Shown: positions 5,087 to 14,505, numbered from the stretch's first letter. The stretch is 20,000 nt of DNA from an uncultured virus (IMG/VR IMGVR_UViG_3300031994_000074) (IMGVR_UViG_3300031994_000074); one strand, 5' to 3'. Numbers and translations: made by a program. Notes: generated by a model from the sequence alone, not told the origin.

Positions 5087-5439
5087 TCCGGCTCCCGCTC
5101 CCTTGTGATGGCGTTGACCACGGCGATCACCGCGTCAAGGTCGTTTTCATCCATATAACAGGTGCGGTCAAAGAGCAGCCCAAGCTTCGGATTCTTATGC
5201 AGGGAATCCGCGACGCGCTTGACGAGTTCCCGGTCTGCGCCGTATTCGGAAGAGATGAGCGTGGACAGCGGCACGTTGAAGAAGTCCGCGATCTTTTCTA
5301 TCGTTTCAAAGTCCGGCTCGCGTATCCCGGCTTCGTAATTGCCGATCGTGCTTTGCCCCATATCGAGCGCTTTGGAAAGTTTCCTTTGGGAATATCCGCG
5401 GCTGGTCCGAAGCTGCTTTAACCGTTCTGCAAACGTCAT
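5083..5439 (-). CDS. Phage repressor (XRE HTH, ImmR/CI-like)
   Basis: FAERLKQLR...SQRKLS...STIGNYEAGIREP signature; divergent from the Cro-like gene; ATG 5439 with AAGGGGTG RBS. Confidence 0.9.
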   Translation of the reverse strand: MTFAERLKQLRTSRGYSQRKLSKALDMGQSTIGNYEAGIREPDFETIEKIADFFNVPLSTLISSEYGADRELVKRVADSLHKNPKLGLLFDRTCYMDENDLDAVIAVVNAITREREPE

Positions 5440-5444
5440 AATTT

Positions 5445-5547
5445 TCACCCCTTGTGAACAATATCACACAATTTGTGAAAAAGCAACTATTTTGTAATGA
5501 TTCTGTAACACATATCGCTTGCATATGCTCACAGAAAGTGATAACCT
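5445..5547. promoter_or_regulatory. Lysis/lysogeny switch: divergent promoters and three WCAC-N5-GTGA operators
   Basis: Minus strand TTGCTT(5486-5481)-N17-TATTGT; plus strand TTGCAT(5519-5524)-N17-TAACCT; operators at 5445-5457, 5466-5478 and 5529-5541. Confidence 0.7.
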
Positions 5548-5580
5548 ACACACGAAACCGAGTGAGGGGGTGAGAAAAAA

Positions 5581-5796
5581 GTGGACATGAAGCAGGCCGG
5601 GGAGAAGCTGAAGGAACTGCGCGGATGCAGGACGCAGACGGGCGTGGCGAGAGCAGTCGGGATTACGCCTTCCGCGCTTTCCATGTACGAAAGCGGGGAG
5701 AGGGTTCCGAGGGACGAAGTGAAGGAACGGCTTTGCGCGTACTACCAGGTGCCTGTGGCGTCGGTGTTTTATCCGGGCGCGGCAGAACAGAGTTAA
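5581..5796 (+). CDS. Cro-like XRE HTH protein
   Basis: LKELRG.RTQTGVARAVGITPSALSMYESGERVP; first gene of the rightward operon. Confidence 0.88.
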   Translation: MDMKQAGEKLKELRGCRTQTGVARAVGITPSALSMYESGERVPRDEVKERLCAYYQVPVASVFYPGAAEQS

Positions 5797-5863
5797 TTTT
5801 TTTACCGGTTGCAAACACATAGCGTGAGCGAGTGATTACGGACGCGGCGATGCGGAAAGGAAG

Positions 5864-6058
5864 ATGAAGATGCGGTTTTTGAGCATGTTTGGCGGACGAC
5901 GGGAAGCGGAAGCAATTCAGCAGCCTGCGCCCGTGTTTTTTTCGCCAGAAGAGGAACGGCGGATGACGATCGGATACAAATACGATCCGGGCGATGCCGT
6001 GCAGGACGGCAAAGACGGACCGACGCAGGCCAGGAAGACAGGAGAGATGGACGCATGA
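5864..6058 (+). CDS. Hypothetical protein
   Basis: GAAAGGA RBS; ATGA overlap with the next gene. Confidence 0.55.
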   Translation: MKMRFLSMFGGRREAEAIQQPAPVFFSPEEERRMTIGYKYDPGDAVQDGKDGPTQARKTGEMDA

Positions 6059-6324
6059 CGCTGAAGGAACTGAAAACGAGCGAACAGGCCTTCGTGACCG
6101 TGTACGACGTTGCGCCGATCATCGAATGCGATCCGCAGAAGCTGCGAGACGCGCTGGACATTGACGAGGAACAGCCGATGGAGATGCGGAGATTCCCGTT
6201 TCCGCACTGCAAGGTCGGGCATCGCCGGAAGATCAGCCGGGTCGGATTTCTGCGGTGGATCGACGGGGATCTGAATCCGATGATGATGATTTTCAAAATG
6301 AAGAACGGAGGCGGTGCGGATTGA
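6055..6324 (+). CDS. Putative excisionase-like DNA-binding protein
   Basis: VTVYDVAPII...FPHCKVGHRRKISRVGFLRWI winged-helix/Xis-like pattern; position shortly after cro. Confidence 0.6.
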   Translation: MTLKELKTSEQAFVTVYDVAPIIECDPQKLRDALDIDEEQPMEMRRFPFPHCKVGHRRKISRVGFLRWIDGDLNPMMMIFKMKNGGGAD

Positions 6325-6328
6325 TTGC

Positions 6329-6422
6329 AAAAAGAAAGAACCGCTGACGGGCAAGGTCAGGCGGTTCAGACAAAGATGATACGATACAGGATGATTGTAT
6401 ATCAATCGGAAAGGAATGTCAA
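6329..6422 (-). ncRNA. Antisense promoter, ~60-nt small RNA and intrinsic terminator
   Basis: TTGACA(6422-6417)-N17-TACAAT(6399-6394); GAACCGC/GCGGTTC hairpin (6367-6338) followed by TTTCTTTTT. Confidence 0.6.
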
Positions 6423-6818
6423 ATGGGCAAAGTGACACCACAGATTTTTGACACTGTAAAGACGCTGCTTAACAGTGGCGTGCCTGTCAGCCAAATCTGT
6501 GACATGCTGAAATTAAGCAATGGAGCGATATACACGATCAAGGCGTGCGACGACCTTCAGGAATACAAAGACTACTACAAGGCGTCAAATGACAGAAGCG
6601 TAAGGAAGAAGCAGAAGACGTCGGAACAGAAAGGATCCAAACCCGAACCCGCCCAGCAGGTAGTTGAGCACAGGCAGACGGTCACGATCCAGGCGACGCA
6701 CTACATGATGGAAGAGATGCGGAAGACAAACGAGCTGCTGGAGACGATCTCAAACAAACTGGCGTACATCGTGGACGATCTGTACGGCGTGAAAAAGGCG
6801 GAAAGTTCCGGAGGTTGA
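6423..6818 (+). CDS. Hypothetical protein with N-terminal HTH-like segment
   Basis: VKTLLNSGVPVSQICDMLKLSNGAIYTIK; GAAAGGA RBS. Confidence 0.7.
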   Translation: MGKVTPQIFDTVKTLLNSGVPVSQICDMLKLSNGAIYTIKACDDLQEYKDYYKASNDRSVRKKQKTSEQKGSKPEPAQQVVEHRQTVTIQATHYMMEEMRKTNELLETISNKLAYIVDDLYGVKKAESSGG

Positions 6819-6823
6819 GAAGC

Positions 6824-7345
6824 ATGAAAAGATTTTTTGAAAGCGACGTATGGAAATGGATTCGAACGGCTGGGCAGGTGGCGCTCCTGTTCGCGGCGAT
6901 CCTGGGCGTTCTGTTCCTGCTTCAGAGCATGGGACTGGCGGAGCAGGAGATGGAAGAGCGATTCGTGCTGTGCATGGACCGGGTGAACGTGCGGATGGGT
7001 CCGGGACGGGACACATGCGAGATCGGATGGCTGGAATGCGGCGACCGGGTGTGGGTGGACGGAAAGAAAAAGAACGGCTACGTGCATGTGGTCGGGCTGA
7101 ACATCGAAGCCGGAGAAGGATGGATCCACAAAGGCTATCTGGTGGAGGACGCGCCGGTGTGGATCGGCGCAAGCGGAAGGGTGACAGGCGGCGGCCGGGT
7201 GAAGGCAAGAACCTATGTGGACGGCAAAAAGCGCATGTGGATGAAGGCCGGGGCAAAGGTGAAGATCTACTGGTGGAGTGCCGACTGGTGCCTGACGGAA
7301 TGCGGATATGTGCGGAGCCGGTTTCTTGAGATGGAGGTAGAATGA
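6824..7345 (+). CDS. Membrane-anchored/secreted protein with tandem bacterial SH3-like domains
   Basis: Hydrophobic VALLFAAILGVLFLL; VNVRMGPG...GWIHKGYL and VKART...GYVRSRFL SH3b patterns; GGAGG RBS. Confidence 0.7.
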   Translation: MKRFFESDVWKWIRTAGQVALLFAAILGVLFLLQSMGLAEQEMEERFVLCMDRVNVRMGPGRDTCEIGWLECGDRVWVDGKKKNGYVHVVGLNIEAGEGWIHKGYLVEDAPVWIGASGRVTGGGRVKARTYVDGKKRMWMKAGAKVKIYWWSADWCLTECGYVRSRFLEMEVE

Positions 7346-7346
7346 G

Positions 7347-7568
7347 ATGGAGAACGGATTTATGACCTTCTGCCGCCGGTGCGGACGGCAGATTCTGATG
7401 GTGCGGAACCTGCACACCGGTCAGTGGACGCCGTGCGACACGGCGCCGTGCCGGTTTAAGGAAGGGAAGACGGAGACCTTCATCGACATGAATGGGTACC
7501 TGCGGTCCGGGACGAGGGCGTCGGCCGGGGAGATTGGATACAAGCGGCACGGAGGGTGCATGGCGTGA
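7347..7568 (+). CDS. Small CxxC-containing hypothetical protein
   Basis: CRRCGRQI...GQWTPCD; GGAGG RBS. Confidence 0.7.
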   Translation: MENGFMTFCRRCGRQILMVRNLHTGQWTPCDTAPCRFKEGKTETFIDMNGYLRSGTRASAGEIGYKRHGGCMA

Positions 7569-8065
7569 AGATTATTAAGAAGATGCTGGAGCCGAGCCGG
7601 GAGGACGCGGTGCGGATGACCCGGACGGAGAAGATGGCGATGCTTTCGATGGCCCACGCGGCGACGGTGCTGGACGAGATACGCGGAGAGATGCCTGAAC
7701 GGCTGGACATGGTGGAGGACGGGAAGGCGAGGCTGGCCCGGCTGAGCGAGTCAGTAGACGCGCTGCTGCACGACCTGCGGCTGACGGTGCCGGAGGAACA
7801 GAGGCGGCACCTTCAGAACACGGCGATGGATTACGAGTGCAGACTCGTTCCGAAAGCCACGCCTGGAAGCACGAACGTGATCATGGAGAAGGAAGAGTTC
7901 CGGGATCTGGTGGACTGGGCGAGGACGAAATGCCGGGACTGCGCCGAGAGCGACGAGGAATGCGAGAGGTGCGGGCTATACCGCCTGCTGACGAGCGTGC
8001 TGCCGCTGGACGAGTACCACGGCGGGATGCTGTGCCCATACAACCTTGGAGAATGGGGGAACTGA
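7565..8065 (+). CDS. Hypothetical protein with C-terminal Cys cluster
   Basis: CRDC...CERC...CPY; GTGA overlap with the upstream gene, GGAGGG RBS. Confidence 0.75.
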   Translation: MKIIKKMLEPSREDAVRMTRTEKMAMLSMAHAATVLDEIRGEMPERLDMVEDGKARLARLSESVDALLHDLRLTVPEEQRRHLQNTAMDYECRLVPKATPGSTNVIMEKEEFRDLVDWARTKCRDCAESDEECERCGLYRLLTSVLPLDEYHGGMLCPYNLGEWGN

Positions 8066-8068
8066 ACA

Positions 8069-8314
8069 TTGAATCCTTTCAATCGTGAGCGCAACTCGCA
8101 CTGCCCGTGCAGGGGATGCGAGGAGCGGCACGAGGCGTGCCACGGACACTGCGAACGATACAAAGAATGGAAGGCGGAGCTGGACCGGCTGAACGATAAG
8201 ATCTACCGCGACCGAAAAAGCGCGGACACCATGAGCACGGCCAGCAAACGGAAGATGTGGCGCGACAAGCGCTACGCAAGAAACGTGCGAAGCCGCCCAA
8301 GCGAGGAGCGGTAA
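8069..8314 (+). CDS. Cys/His-rich hypothetical phage protein
   Basis: CPCRGCEERHEACHGHCERYKEWK. Confidence 0.7.
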   Translation: MNPFNRERNSHCPCRGCEERHEACHGHCERYKEWKAELDRLNDKIYRDRKSADTMSTASKRKMWRDKRYARNVRSRPSEER

Positions 8315-8503
8315 TCATACAGGCGAAGGACTTGATCCTGAACATGTTCCTCCACATGTGTTCCCCTCAAAAAATCCCCCTGGATTCTTTGCAGGACTTC
8401 TTCATCAGGCGGACCACATGGAAAGGGGAAATATGCCGCCCGGTCGGGGACAGCCGGGAAGAAAAAATCCCCTTTACCATAAAAGAAAGGCGGTCATGAA
8501 CGG

Positions 8504-8755
8504 ATGGAAAGGCTGAAGGCAGAAAAGTTCCGGGACGGACTCGGCGTGAGTACGATGAAAGTGACTGGGTTCACGGCGGGTGAGCTGAAGGAGCTTGGCA
8601 GTATGGAGCAGAGCGAGATGGAAGAAGCGGTGCTGGACATGCTGGACGCACAGGGCGGCGGACTCGGCACACAATGGAAATGCGGGTATGGCGTTTACCG
8701 GGTATGGTTGCTCGGGGACGCGGTGCTCGTGGAGATCGGGAAGAGCTGTGACTGA
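8504..8755 (+). CDS. Hypothetical protein
   Basis: 83-aa ORF in the operon direction. Confidence 0.6.
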   Translation: MERLKAEKFRDGLGVSTMKVTGFTAGELKELGSMEQSEMEEAVLDMLDAQGGGLGTQWKCGYGVYRVWLLGDAVLVEIGKSCD

Positions 8756-8834
8756 GAAATTTTTTTGTGGCAGGTAAGAACACAAAACGTGAGCGGAAGA
8801 ACGCGAAGGATAAACGAAAAGGGGGTGAACTTAT

Positions 8835-9568
8835 TTGATCGAACCAGGATTTTACAACATGGACTGTATGGAAGCCATGAAGCAGTTCCCGGAAAAATAC
8901 TTTGATCTGGCAGTAGTTGATCCCCCTTATGGAATCAACGTGACCGGCCGACATAAAGCCGGGAAGCTTGTTGGGGGGGGTATAGGCCGTTTGGCGGAGC
9001 AAAGTATTACCATACTTGGCAAGTCGAAAAAAAGAGTGGCTTCCCTAAACCCTATCACCCCTTTGACGATACGACCCCGCCGGACAAAGGGTACTTTGAA
9101 GAGTTGATGCGTGTCAGCAAGCATCAGATTATCTGGGGCGGAAATTTCTTTCTTGAATACTTGGGAAACACAAGCCGGATGATTGTATGGGACAAAAAGC
9201 GGCGCGGCATGGATCAGGCAGATTGCGAAATCGCGTGGACAAGCCTTCCAGGGCAGAATCGAATCTTTGAATACAGATGGAACGGGATGCTGCAAGGTGA
9301 CATGAAAAATAAAGAAAACCGCATTCATCCTACGCAGAAACCTGTTGCATTGTATCAGTGGATTCTGGAGCAGTTCGCAAAGAGCGGAGACAAAATACTT
9401 GATACACATGTTGGGAGCGCATCAAGCCTGATTGCATGTCACCGGGCCGGACTGAAATATTGGGGATTTGAAATTGACAAGTATTATTACAGCATTGCTC
9501 TTGAAAGGTTGAACAGAGAAAAAGCACAAGTGAACATGATGGAGTTGTTAAAAGATGGTGAAATGTGA
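8835..9568 (+). CDS. N4/N6 DNA methyltransferase split by a -1 frameshift (G8 tract 8973-8980)
   Basis: DPPY motif in 8835-9107; HPTQKP and LDTHVGSASS in 9104-9568. The second frame is open from the G tract onward. Confidence 0.8.
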
Positions 9569-10379
9569 ATTATACAACGATTCGTTTCAGAATTGGAAAT
9601 GTTATCCGATTCAGAAAGCACAGTTGATTATTGCAGATATTCCGTACAACCTTGGCGATGCAGCCTACGGAAGCAATCCACAGTGGTACATTGACGGGGA
9701 TAATAAGAACGGTGAAAGCGAATATGCAAAAGCAACCTTCTTCACAAGCGATGGGTATTTCCGAATTAGTGAATACTTTATGTTCTGTTCAAGGCTGATG
9801 AAACCAGAGCCGAAGCAAGGCAAAGGCGGTGCCCCATGCATGATTGTGTTTTGCGCATTTCAGCAACAGGCAGATGTGATTAAATGGGCTGCTGACGCTG
9901 GATTCGGAAAATATATCCCGCTGGTGTTTATCAAGAACTACAGTCCGCAGGTGCTAAAGGCGAACATGAAAATCGTTGGAGCAACAGAACATGCACTCGT
10001 TCTGTACCGTGACAGACTTCCGAAATTCAACAACGACGGTCGGATGATTTTCAACTGGATGGAATGGCAGCGGGACGGGAAAGAGATTCCGAAACTGCAC
10101 ACAACGCAGAAGCCTGTGAACCTGTTAAAAAGGCTTATCGGAATCTTTACAGATGTCGGCGACGTGGTGATTGATCCTGTCGCCGGTAGCGGATCAACAC
10201 TGAGAGCTGCGCGTGAAATGGGTCGGAACAGCTATGGGTTTGAAATAGACAGGAAATTTTACCGAGAAGCCTGTGAAAAAATGCTGAATCCGGACGTAAT
10301 CGGTCAGACGACGATCGAAGATGTTTTGATGGAACAGAAACGTTATGAGCAGATGAGACTTGCGGGGGTGAGCGAATGA
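9555..10379 (+). CDS. N4/N6 DNA methyltransferase (beta class)
   Basis: IIADIPY, HTTQKP, VIDPVAGSGSTL and GFEID motifs. Confidence 0.9.
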   Translation: MVKCELYNDSFQNWKCYPIQKAQLIIADIPYNLGDAAYGSNPQWYIDGDNKNGESEYAKATFFTSDGYFRISEYFMFCSRLMKPEPKQGKGGAPCMIVFCAFQQQADVIKWAADAGFGKYIPLVFIKNYSPQVLKANMKIVGATEHALVLYRDRLPKFNNDGRMIFNWMEWQRDGKEIPKLHTTQKPVNLLKRLIGIFTDVGDVVIDPVAGSGSTLRAAREMGRNSYGFEIDRKFYREACEKMLNPDVIGQTTIEDVLMEQKRYEQMRLAGVSE

Positions 10380-10684
10380 TTCTGTATATTTCCGGGCCGA
10401 TCTCTTCCCGGATGGATACGTACAAGGCGGAGTTTGACGCTGCGGAATCGTATCTCAGCACATGGAAGGGGCATACGGTGCTGAACCCGGCGAGCCATCC
10501 GCAGGGGTTGAAATACGAGGACTACATCCTGATTGATTCGGACATGATCCGGGCGGCGGACGGGATTGTGATGCTGCGCGGGTGGCGGAGCAGCCAGGGC
10601 GCGAAGCGGGAACTGCGGATGGCGCTGAAGCTTGGGAAGAAAGCGTTTTACGGCATTGAAAGCGTGCCGATGGAACAGCACTGA
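10376..10684 (+). CDS. DUF4406-like protein (nucleoside deoxyribosyltransferase-like fold)
   Basis: LYISGPIS...VLNPA...ADGIVMLRGWRSSQGAKRE. Confidence 0.8.
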   Translation: MILYISGPISSRMDTYKAEFDAAESYLSTWKGHTVLNPASHPQGLKYEDYILIDSDMIRAADGIVMLRGWRSSQGAKRELRMALKLGKKAFYGIESVPMEQH

Positions 10685-10712
10685 AACGCTGGGATACGCG
10701 AAGGAGGATAAC

Positions 10713-11156
10713 ATGAGCGGAGGAAGCCTGAATTATTTTTACTCGTATTTGGAGGAACATGCGGAAGATTTTAATGATAAGGAACTGAATGAATTGGTGA
10801 AAGACCTGGCACAGCTGTTCCACGACAGGGAATGGTTTTTGTCCGCGGACACATGCGAAGGGGCCTGGAACGAAGCGCGGGATGCGTTCAAGAAAAAATG
10901 GTTCGGTCCGGGCAGTCAGAAGCTGAGAATGGAACGGATCAACCGGTATCTGGACGAGATTCGGGAGGATCTGATGAAGCAATTCGGCGTATCGGAGCGG
11001 TACTGCCGGAACTGCGGACACTGGACGCAGGAAACGCAGAAAAACTATGAAGAGTACGGAAGCTGCGAACTGATAAAGGGTTGCCTGATGCACCGGAGCG
11101 AGAGCTGCGAGAAGTGGCGTCCGAAGGAGGAATCGGCAGATGATCGGGACGCTTGA
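10713..11156 (+). CDS. Hypothetical protein (MSGGSLNY N-terminus, C-terminal Cys cluster)
   Basis: AAGGAGG RBS before ATG 10713. Confidence 0.75.
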   Translation: MSGGSLNYFYSYLEEHAEDFNDKELNELVKDLAQLFHDREWFLSADTCEGAWNEARDAFKKKWFGPGSQKLRMERINRYLDEIREDLMKQFGVSERYCRNCGHWTQETQKNYEEYGSCELIKGCLMHRSESCEKWRPKEESADDRDA

Positions 11157-11532
11157 ACAGTGCATCCAGGACATGAAGAATGGCGTATACGACCATACAG
11201 TTGACGGAAAGTGCTCGCAGTGCGGAGAGTGCTGCTCAGACTTCCTGCCGATGAGTCAGGCGGAGGTTGCCAGGATTCATGCCTATGTGAAGAAGCACGG
11301 GATCAAACCGCACAGTCACATTCCGCCCACGGCAGCACCGGTTGAGGACTTCACTTGCCCGTTCAGGAATGACACGGAGCGGAAGTGCGACATCTATGAG
11401 GTTCGACCCGCAATCTGCCGGGACTTTCAGTGCGACAAGCCGCGGAAACAGATTGAAGCAGACAAGGCGATGTATCACGGAAAATATGCCGTTGTACGGA
11501 TGCGGAAAGAGTTTGGAGGAAAAGGCAAATGA
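11140..11532 (+). CDS. YkgJ/CxxCxxCC-family cysteine-cluster protein
   Basis: CSQCGECC...CPF...CDIYEVRPAICRDF. Confidence 0.85.
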   Translation: MIGTLEQCIQDMKNGVYDHTVDGKCSQCGECCSDFLPMSQAEVARIHAYVKKHGIKPHSHIPPTAAPVEDFTCPFRNDTERKCDIYEVRPAICRDFQCDKPRKQIEADKAMYHGKYAVVRMRKEFGGKGK

Positions 11533-11969
11533 CAAACTACATCATCGACCCGGATGTGTTTTACTGGATTAATGTGCTCAGCCTTATGCAGACTGCATTT
11601 GCGGTGATTAGCGGATTCACGCTGACAGCATTTATCGCGCTTTTCGTTACGTACATTTATAAGAGGTACGGATTGAGCGAACCAGAAAAGCCGGACAAGG
11701 ATAGTCGATACGACATGGAACGCTATCAGCGGGAAATGCGCAATTATAAGAACGATCTGAATGACCTGCGGATGATTAAGAAGTACATGATGATCACACT
11801 TCTTTCGGGCGGCCTGATGATCCTTGTATCCATATTCATTCCAGGCAAGCAAACCAGTGTGGAAATGCTCATTGCGAGAACGGCAACGTTTGACAACGTT
11901 GACTGGACGGTGCAGCAAGTGAAGGAAGTCATCGACTATATCGTAAGTGCGCTGAATGGAGTTTCGTGA
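11529..11969 (+). CDS. Hypothetical membrane protein (2 TM)
   Basis: Two hydrophobic segments; ATGA overlap with the upstream gene. Confidence 0.75.
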   Translation: MTNYIIDPDVFYWINVLSLMQTAFAVISGFTLTAFIALFVTYIYKRYGLSEPEKPDKDSRYDMERYQREMRNYKNDLNDLRMIKKYMMITLLSGGLMILVSIFIPGKQTSVEMLIARTATFDNVDWTVQQVKEVIDYIVSALNGVS

Positions 11970-11997
11970 TCGAGAGCGCGGAAAAGGAAGGAAACGC

Positions 11998-12369
11998 ATG
12001 AAAACGCTGAGCATAGACACAACAGTGAGGATTCTTGGCGCTGTGTGGACGGTGCGCTCCGCAACGGAAGCGGAAGAACCGCGACTGGATGGAGTAAACG
12101 GGTTTACGGACTGGACGACGCGGACGATCTGCCTGGAAAAAAATACTCAGGGTAATCTCGGCAGCATGGAAACGTACATGAACAAGGTGATCCGGCATGA
12201 AGTGGTTCACGCGTTTATGTTTGAAAGCGGACTTGGCGACTCTTTTGAACACAAGGACTATGGGCAGGAAGAGACAATCGTGGACTGGTTTGCTTTCCAG
12301 ATGGGGAACATCATGAATGTTGTGATGGATATTCAAAACGCGGTGAAATGGGAGGATGCTGAAATGTGA
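11998..12369 (+). CDS. Phage HExxH metallopeptidase-like protein
   Basis: VIRHEVVHAFMFESGL...EETIVDWFA. Confidence 0.7.
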   Translation: MKTLSIDTTVRILGAVWTVRSATEAEEPRLDGVNGFTDWTTRTICLEKNTQGNLGSMETYMNKVIRHEVVHAFMFESGLGDSFEHKDYGQEETIVDWFAFQMGNIMNVVMDIQNAVKWEDAEM

Positions 12370-12578
12370 ATATAAATGATTTTCCACTCGGATTCGCCCC
12401 TGGAAGCGACGAAGCAAAAAATCACGGGATGACCTGTAAAAACTGCCGATGGCGACCGGACGAATTTACATCGGTCTGTGTAAATTCAAGTAGCCCACAC
12501 CGCGCAGATTTTGTTCGGAAGGATGACAGCTGCGAATGGTGGGAGCAGAAAAAGAAGGAGGAGAACAAAAATGACTGA
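12366..12578 (+). CDS. Small Cys-rich hypothetical protein
   Basis: TCKNCRW...CVN...DSCEWWE; GGAGG RBS. Confidence 0.65.
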   Translation: MNINDFPLGFAPGSDEAKNHGMTCKNCRWRPDEFTSVCVNSSSPHRADFVRKDDSCEWWEQKKKEENKND

Positions 12579-13386
12579 GCAGGAATACAACAGCGCGGAA
12601 GGGATTCGCAGGAGCGATCTGTGGCGGATGGAGGACAGCCCGGAGAAGTTCCGGTACTTTCTGGATCACCCGGCGGAGCAGACCCCGGCGCTGGTTTTCG
12701 GCAGCGCGTGCCACAAGTACGTGCTTGAGAAGGATGACTTTGGCAGCGAATATGTGACGGCGCCGAACATCAACCGGCGGACGAACGCCGGAAAGGAAGA
12801 ATGGGAACGGTTCTGTGCGGAGAACGCGGGCAAGACCGTAATCAGCCCAGACGACATACGGGTGATGGCAGAAATGCGTGATGCGCTGATGCGGTGCCCG
12901 CTGGCGAAGAAGCTGCTGTTCGGAAATGGGGAGGTTGAGGTTCCGCTGTTCTGGACCGACAAGGAAACTGGCGAGAAGTGCAAGGCGAAGCTGGACAGGC
13001 TGGTGAAGTACAACCGCCGCCCGTACATTGCGGACTACAAGACCACGATGGCAGCAGACACGTTCCACTTCAACAGTGCCATTTTTAAGATGGGCTACCA
13101 CTTCCAGGCGGGCATGTACAGCGAAGGGTTGAAATCGGTACGGAAGATGCGGAAGCTGCCTGGATTCCTGTTTGTGGCGCAGGAGAAGAAGCCTCCGTAC
13201 AGCGTGAACGTGATCGAAGTCAGTGAGGAAGTCATGAATGCCGGGGTGGCGAAGTTTCACGACCTGCTCGGGAAGTATCACGATTGCATGGAAGCGGATC
13301 TGTGGCCCGGATACATGACGGGGGATGTGCCGAACGACAGCTTTGTGCCGAACTGGATGCAACAGGAAATGGAAGACGAAATCTGA
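12571..13386 (+). CDS. RecE/exonuclease VIII-like PD-(D/E)XK nuclease (DUF3799-like)
   Basis: TPALVFGSACH, E.PLFWTD, KAKLD, ADYKT and GYHFQAGMY motifs; AAGGAGG RBS. Confidence 0.88.
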   Translation: MTEQEYNSAEGIRRSDLWRMEDSPEKFRYFLDHPAEQTPALVFGSACHKYVLEKDDFGSEYVTAPNINRRTNAGKEEWERFCAENAGKTVISPDDIRVMAEMRDALMRCPLAKKLLFGNGEVEVPLFWTDKETGEKCKAKLDRLVKYNRRPYIADYKTTMAADTFHFNSAIFKMGYHFQAGMYSEGLKSVRKMRKLPGFLFVAQEKKPPYSVNVIEVSEEVMNAGVAKFHDLLGKYHDCMEADLWPGYMTGDVPNDSFVPNWMQQEMEDEI

Positions 13387-13401
13387 TAAGGAGGAAGCAA
13401 A

Positions 13402-14049
13402 ATGATTACGAAGGATCTTGAACACATGAGGCCCCTGACCGGAAACGAACCGCTCCCTAGAGACAGCGAATACCTGGGCGCGGACGATCTGGACAGCACC
13501 GTGGAGCCGGTGCTGACGATCAAGCACCTGTACCGGGGGAAGGTTACGCTGTCCCGGGGCAAGGAAGTCAAGAACGTCATCGTCTTCGCGGAGGAAAAGG
13601 CGGCGGGGATTATCGGTGAGGTTCGCCCGATGATTCTGAACAGCACGAACCGGCAGATGCTGAAGAAGCTGTACAAGCAGGTGACAGCGGCGGCGCTTGA
13701 AGGAAAGAAGATCCAGCTGTACATCGAACACAACGTTCGGAACCCCAGCAACGGTGAGATGACCGACGGCATCCGCATCCGGGACGCGATCCCGAAGGAC
13801 GGAAAAGCCAAGGCCGCTCCGAAGTGCGCCGAGTGTGGAAAAGAAATCACGGGGCTTGCCGGATACACGGCGGAGCAGATTGCCGCGACCAATAAGCAGC
13901 GGTACGGAAAGTGCCTGTGCGTCGAATGCGGAAAAAAGCGGAAGGCGGAGATCGAGGCGGAACAGACGGCGCAGAACGCGGCAGCGGCAGAACCGAATGA
14001 AGGCGACGGGAACGACGTGTCAGCGGAACTGCTGGCCGGGATGAAGTGA
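13402..14049 (+). CDS. Recombination-module protein with C-terminal zinc ribbon
   Basis: Lies between the exonuclease and SSB; YLGADDL, MILNSTN, DGIRIR; CAECG...CVEC. Confidence 0.7.
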   Translation: MITKDLEHMRPLTGNEPLPRDSEYLGADDLDSTVEPVLTIKHLYRGKVTLSRGKEVKNVIVFAEEKAAGIIGEVRPMILNSTNRQMLKKLYKQVTAAALEGKKIQLYIEHNVRNPSNGEMTDGIRIRDAIPKDGKAKAAPKCAECGKEITGLAGYTAEQIAATNKQRYGKCLCVECGKKRKAEIEAEQTAQNAAAAEPNEGDGNDVSAELLAGMK

Positions 14050-14065
14050 GAAGGAGTGAACGGAA

Positions 14066-14476
14066 ATGGCTGTAAATCATACCGTATTACAGGGACGCAT
14101 GGTGGCTGACCCGGAACTGAATGATACGAACAACGGCACGAAGGTCGCAAACTTCCGGGTCGCATGGAGCGAGAAGTACAAGGAACGGGAAACAAAGTGC
14201 TTCCTGGAGTGCAAGGCGTTCAGCAGTACGGCTGAGTTTGTGTGCAATTACTTCCGCAAAGGGCAGGAACTTACTGTTGAAGGCAAACTGACCACGGAAG
14301 AATGGACAACGCAGGACGGGCAGAAACGGAGCAAGAACGTACTTGTTGCGGATCGTGTACATTTCTGCGGGAAAAAGCAGGACGGGAACGACGCAGGAAA
14401 CTCTGAACCGGCACAGACGGCTCCGGCGGCAGCAAGTGCGGCGATTCCGGTGGATTGGGATGAACTGCCCTTCTAA
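14066..14476 (+). CDS. ssb: Single-stranded DNA-binding protein
   Basis: NHTVLQGRMVADPEL...FRKGQELTVEGKL; acidic DELPF tail. Confidence 0.95.
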   Translation: MAVNHTVLQGRMVADPELNDTNNGTKVANFRVAWSEKYKERETKCFLECKAFSSTAEFVCNYFRKGQELTVEGKLTTEEWTTQDGQKRSKNVLVADRVHFCGKKQDGNDAGNSEPAQTAPAAASAAIPVDWDELPF

Positions 14477-14505
14477 AAAGGAGAACTATCAAAAGGAGAA
14501 GGGGC

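Noticed and set aside
8257..8499. ORF or ncRNA in the 8315-8500 gap, including a GACAGCCGGGAAG resemblance to the operon hairpin
   Set aside because: No good start or RBS, and the complementary stem strand is missing.
12466..13731. Long antisense ORFs (also 15415-16527 and 18898-19947)
   Set aside because: Shadows of GC-rich plus-strand genes with no recognisable motifs.
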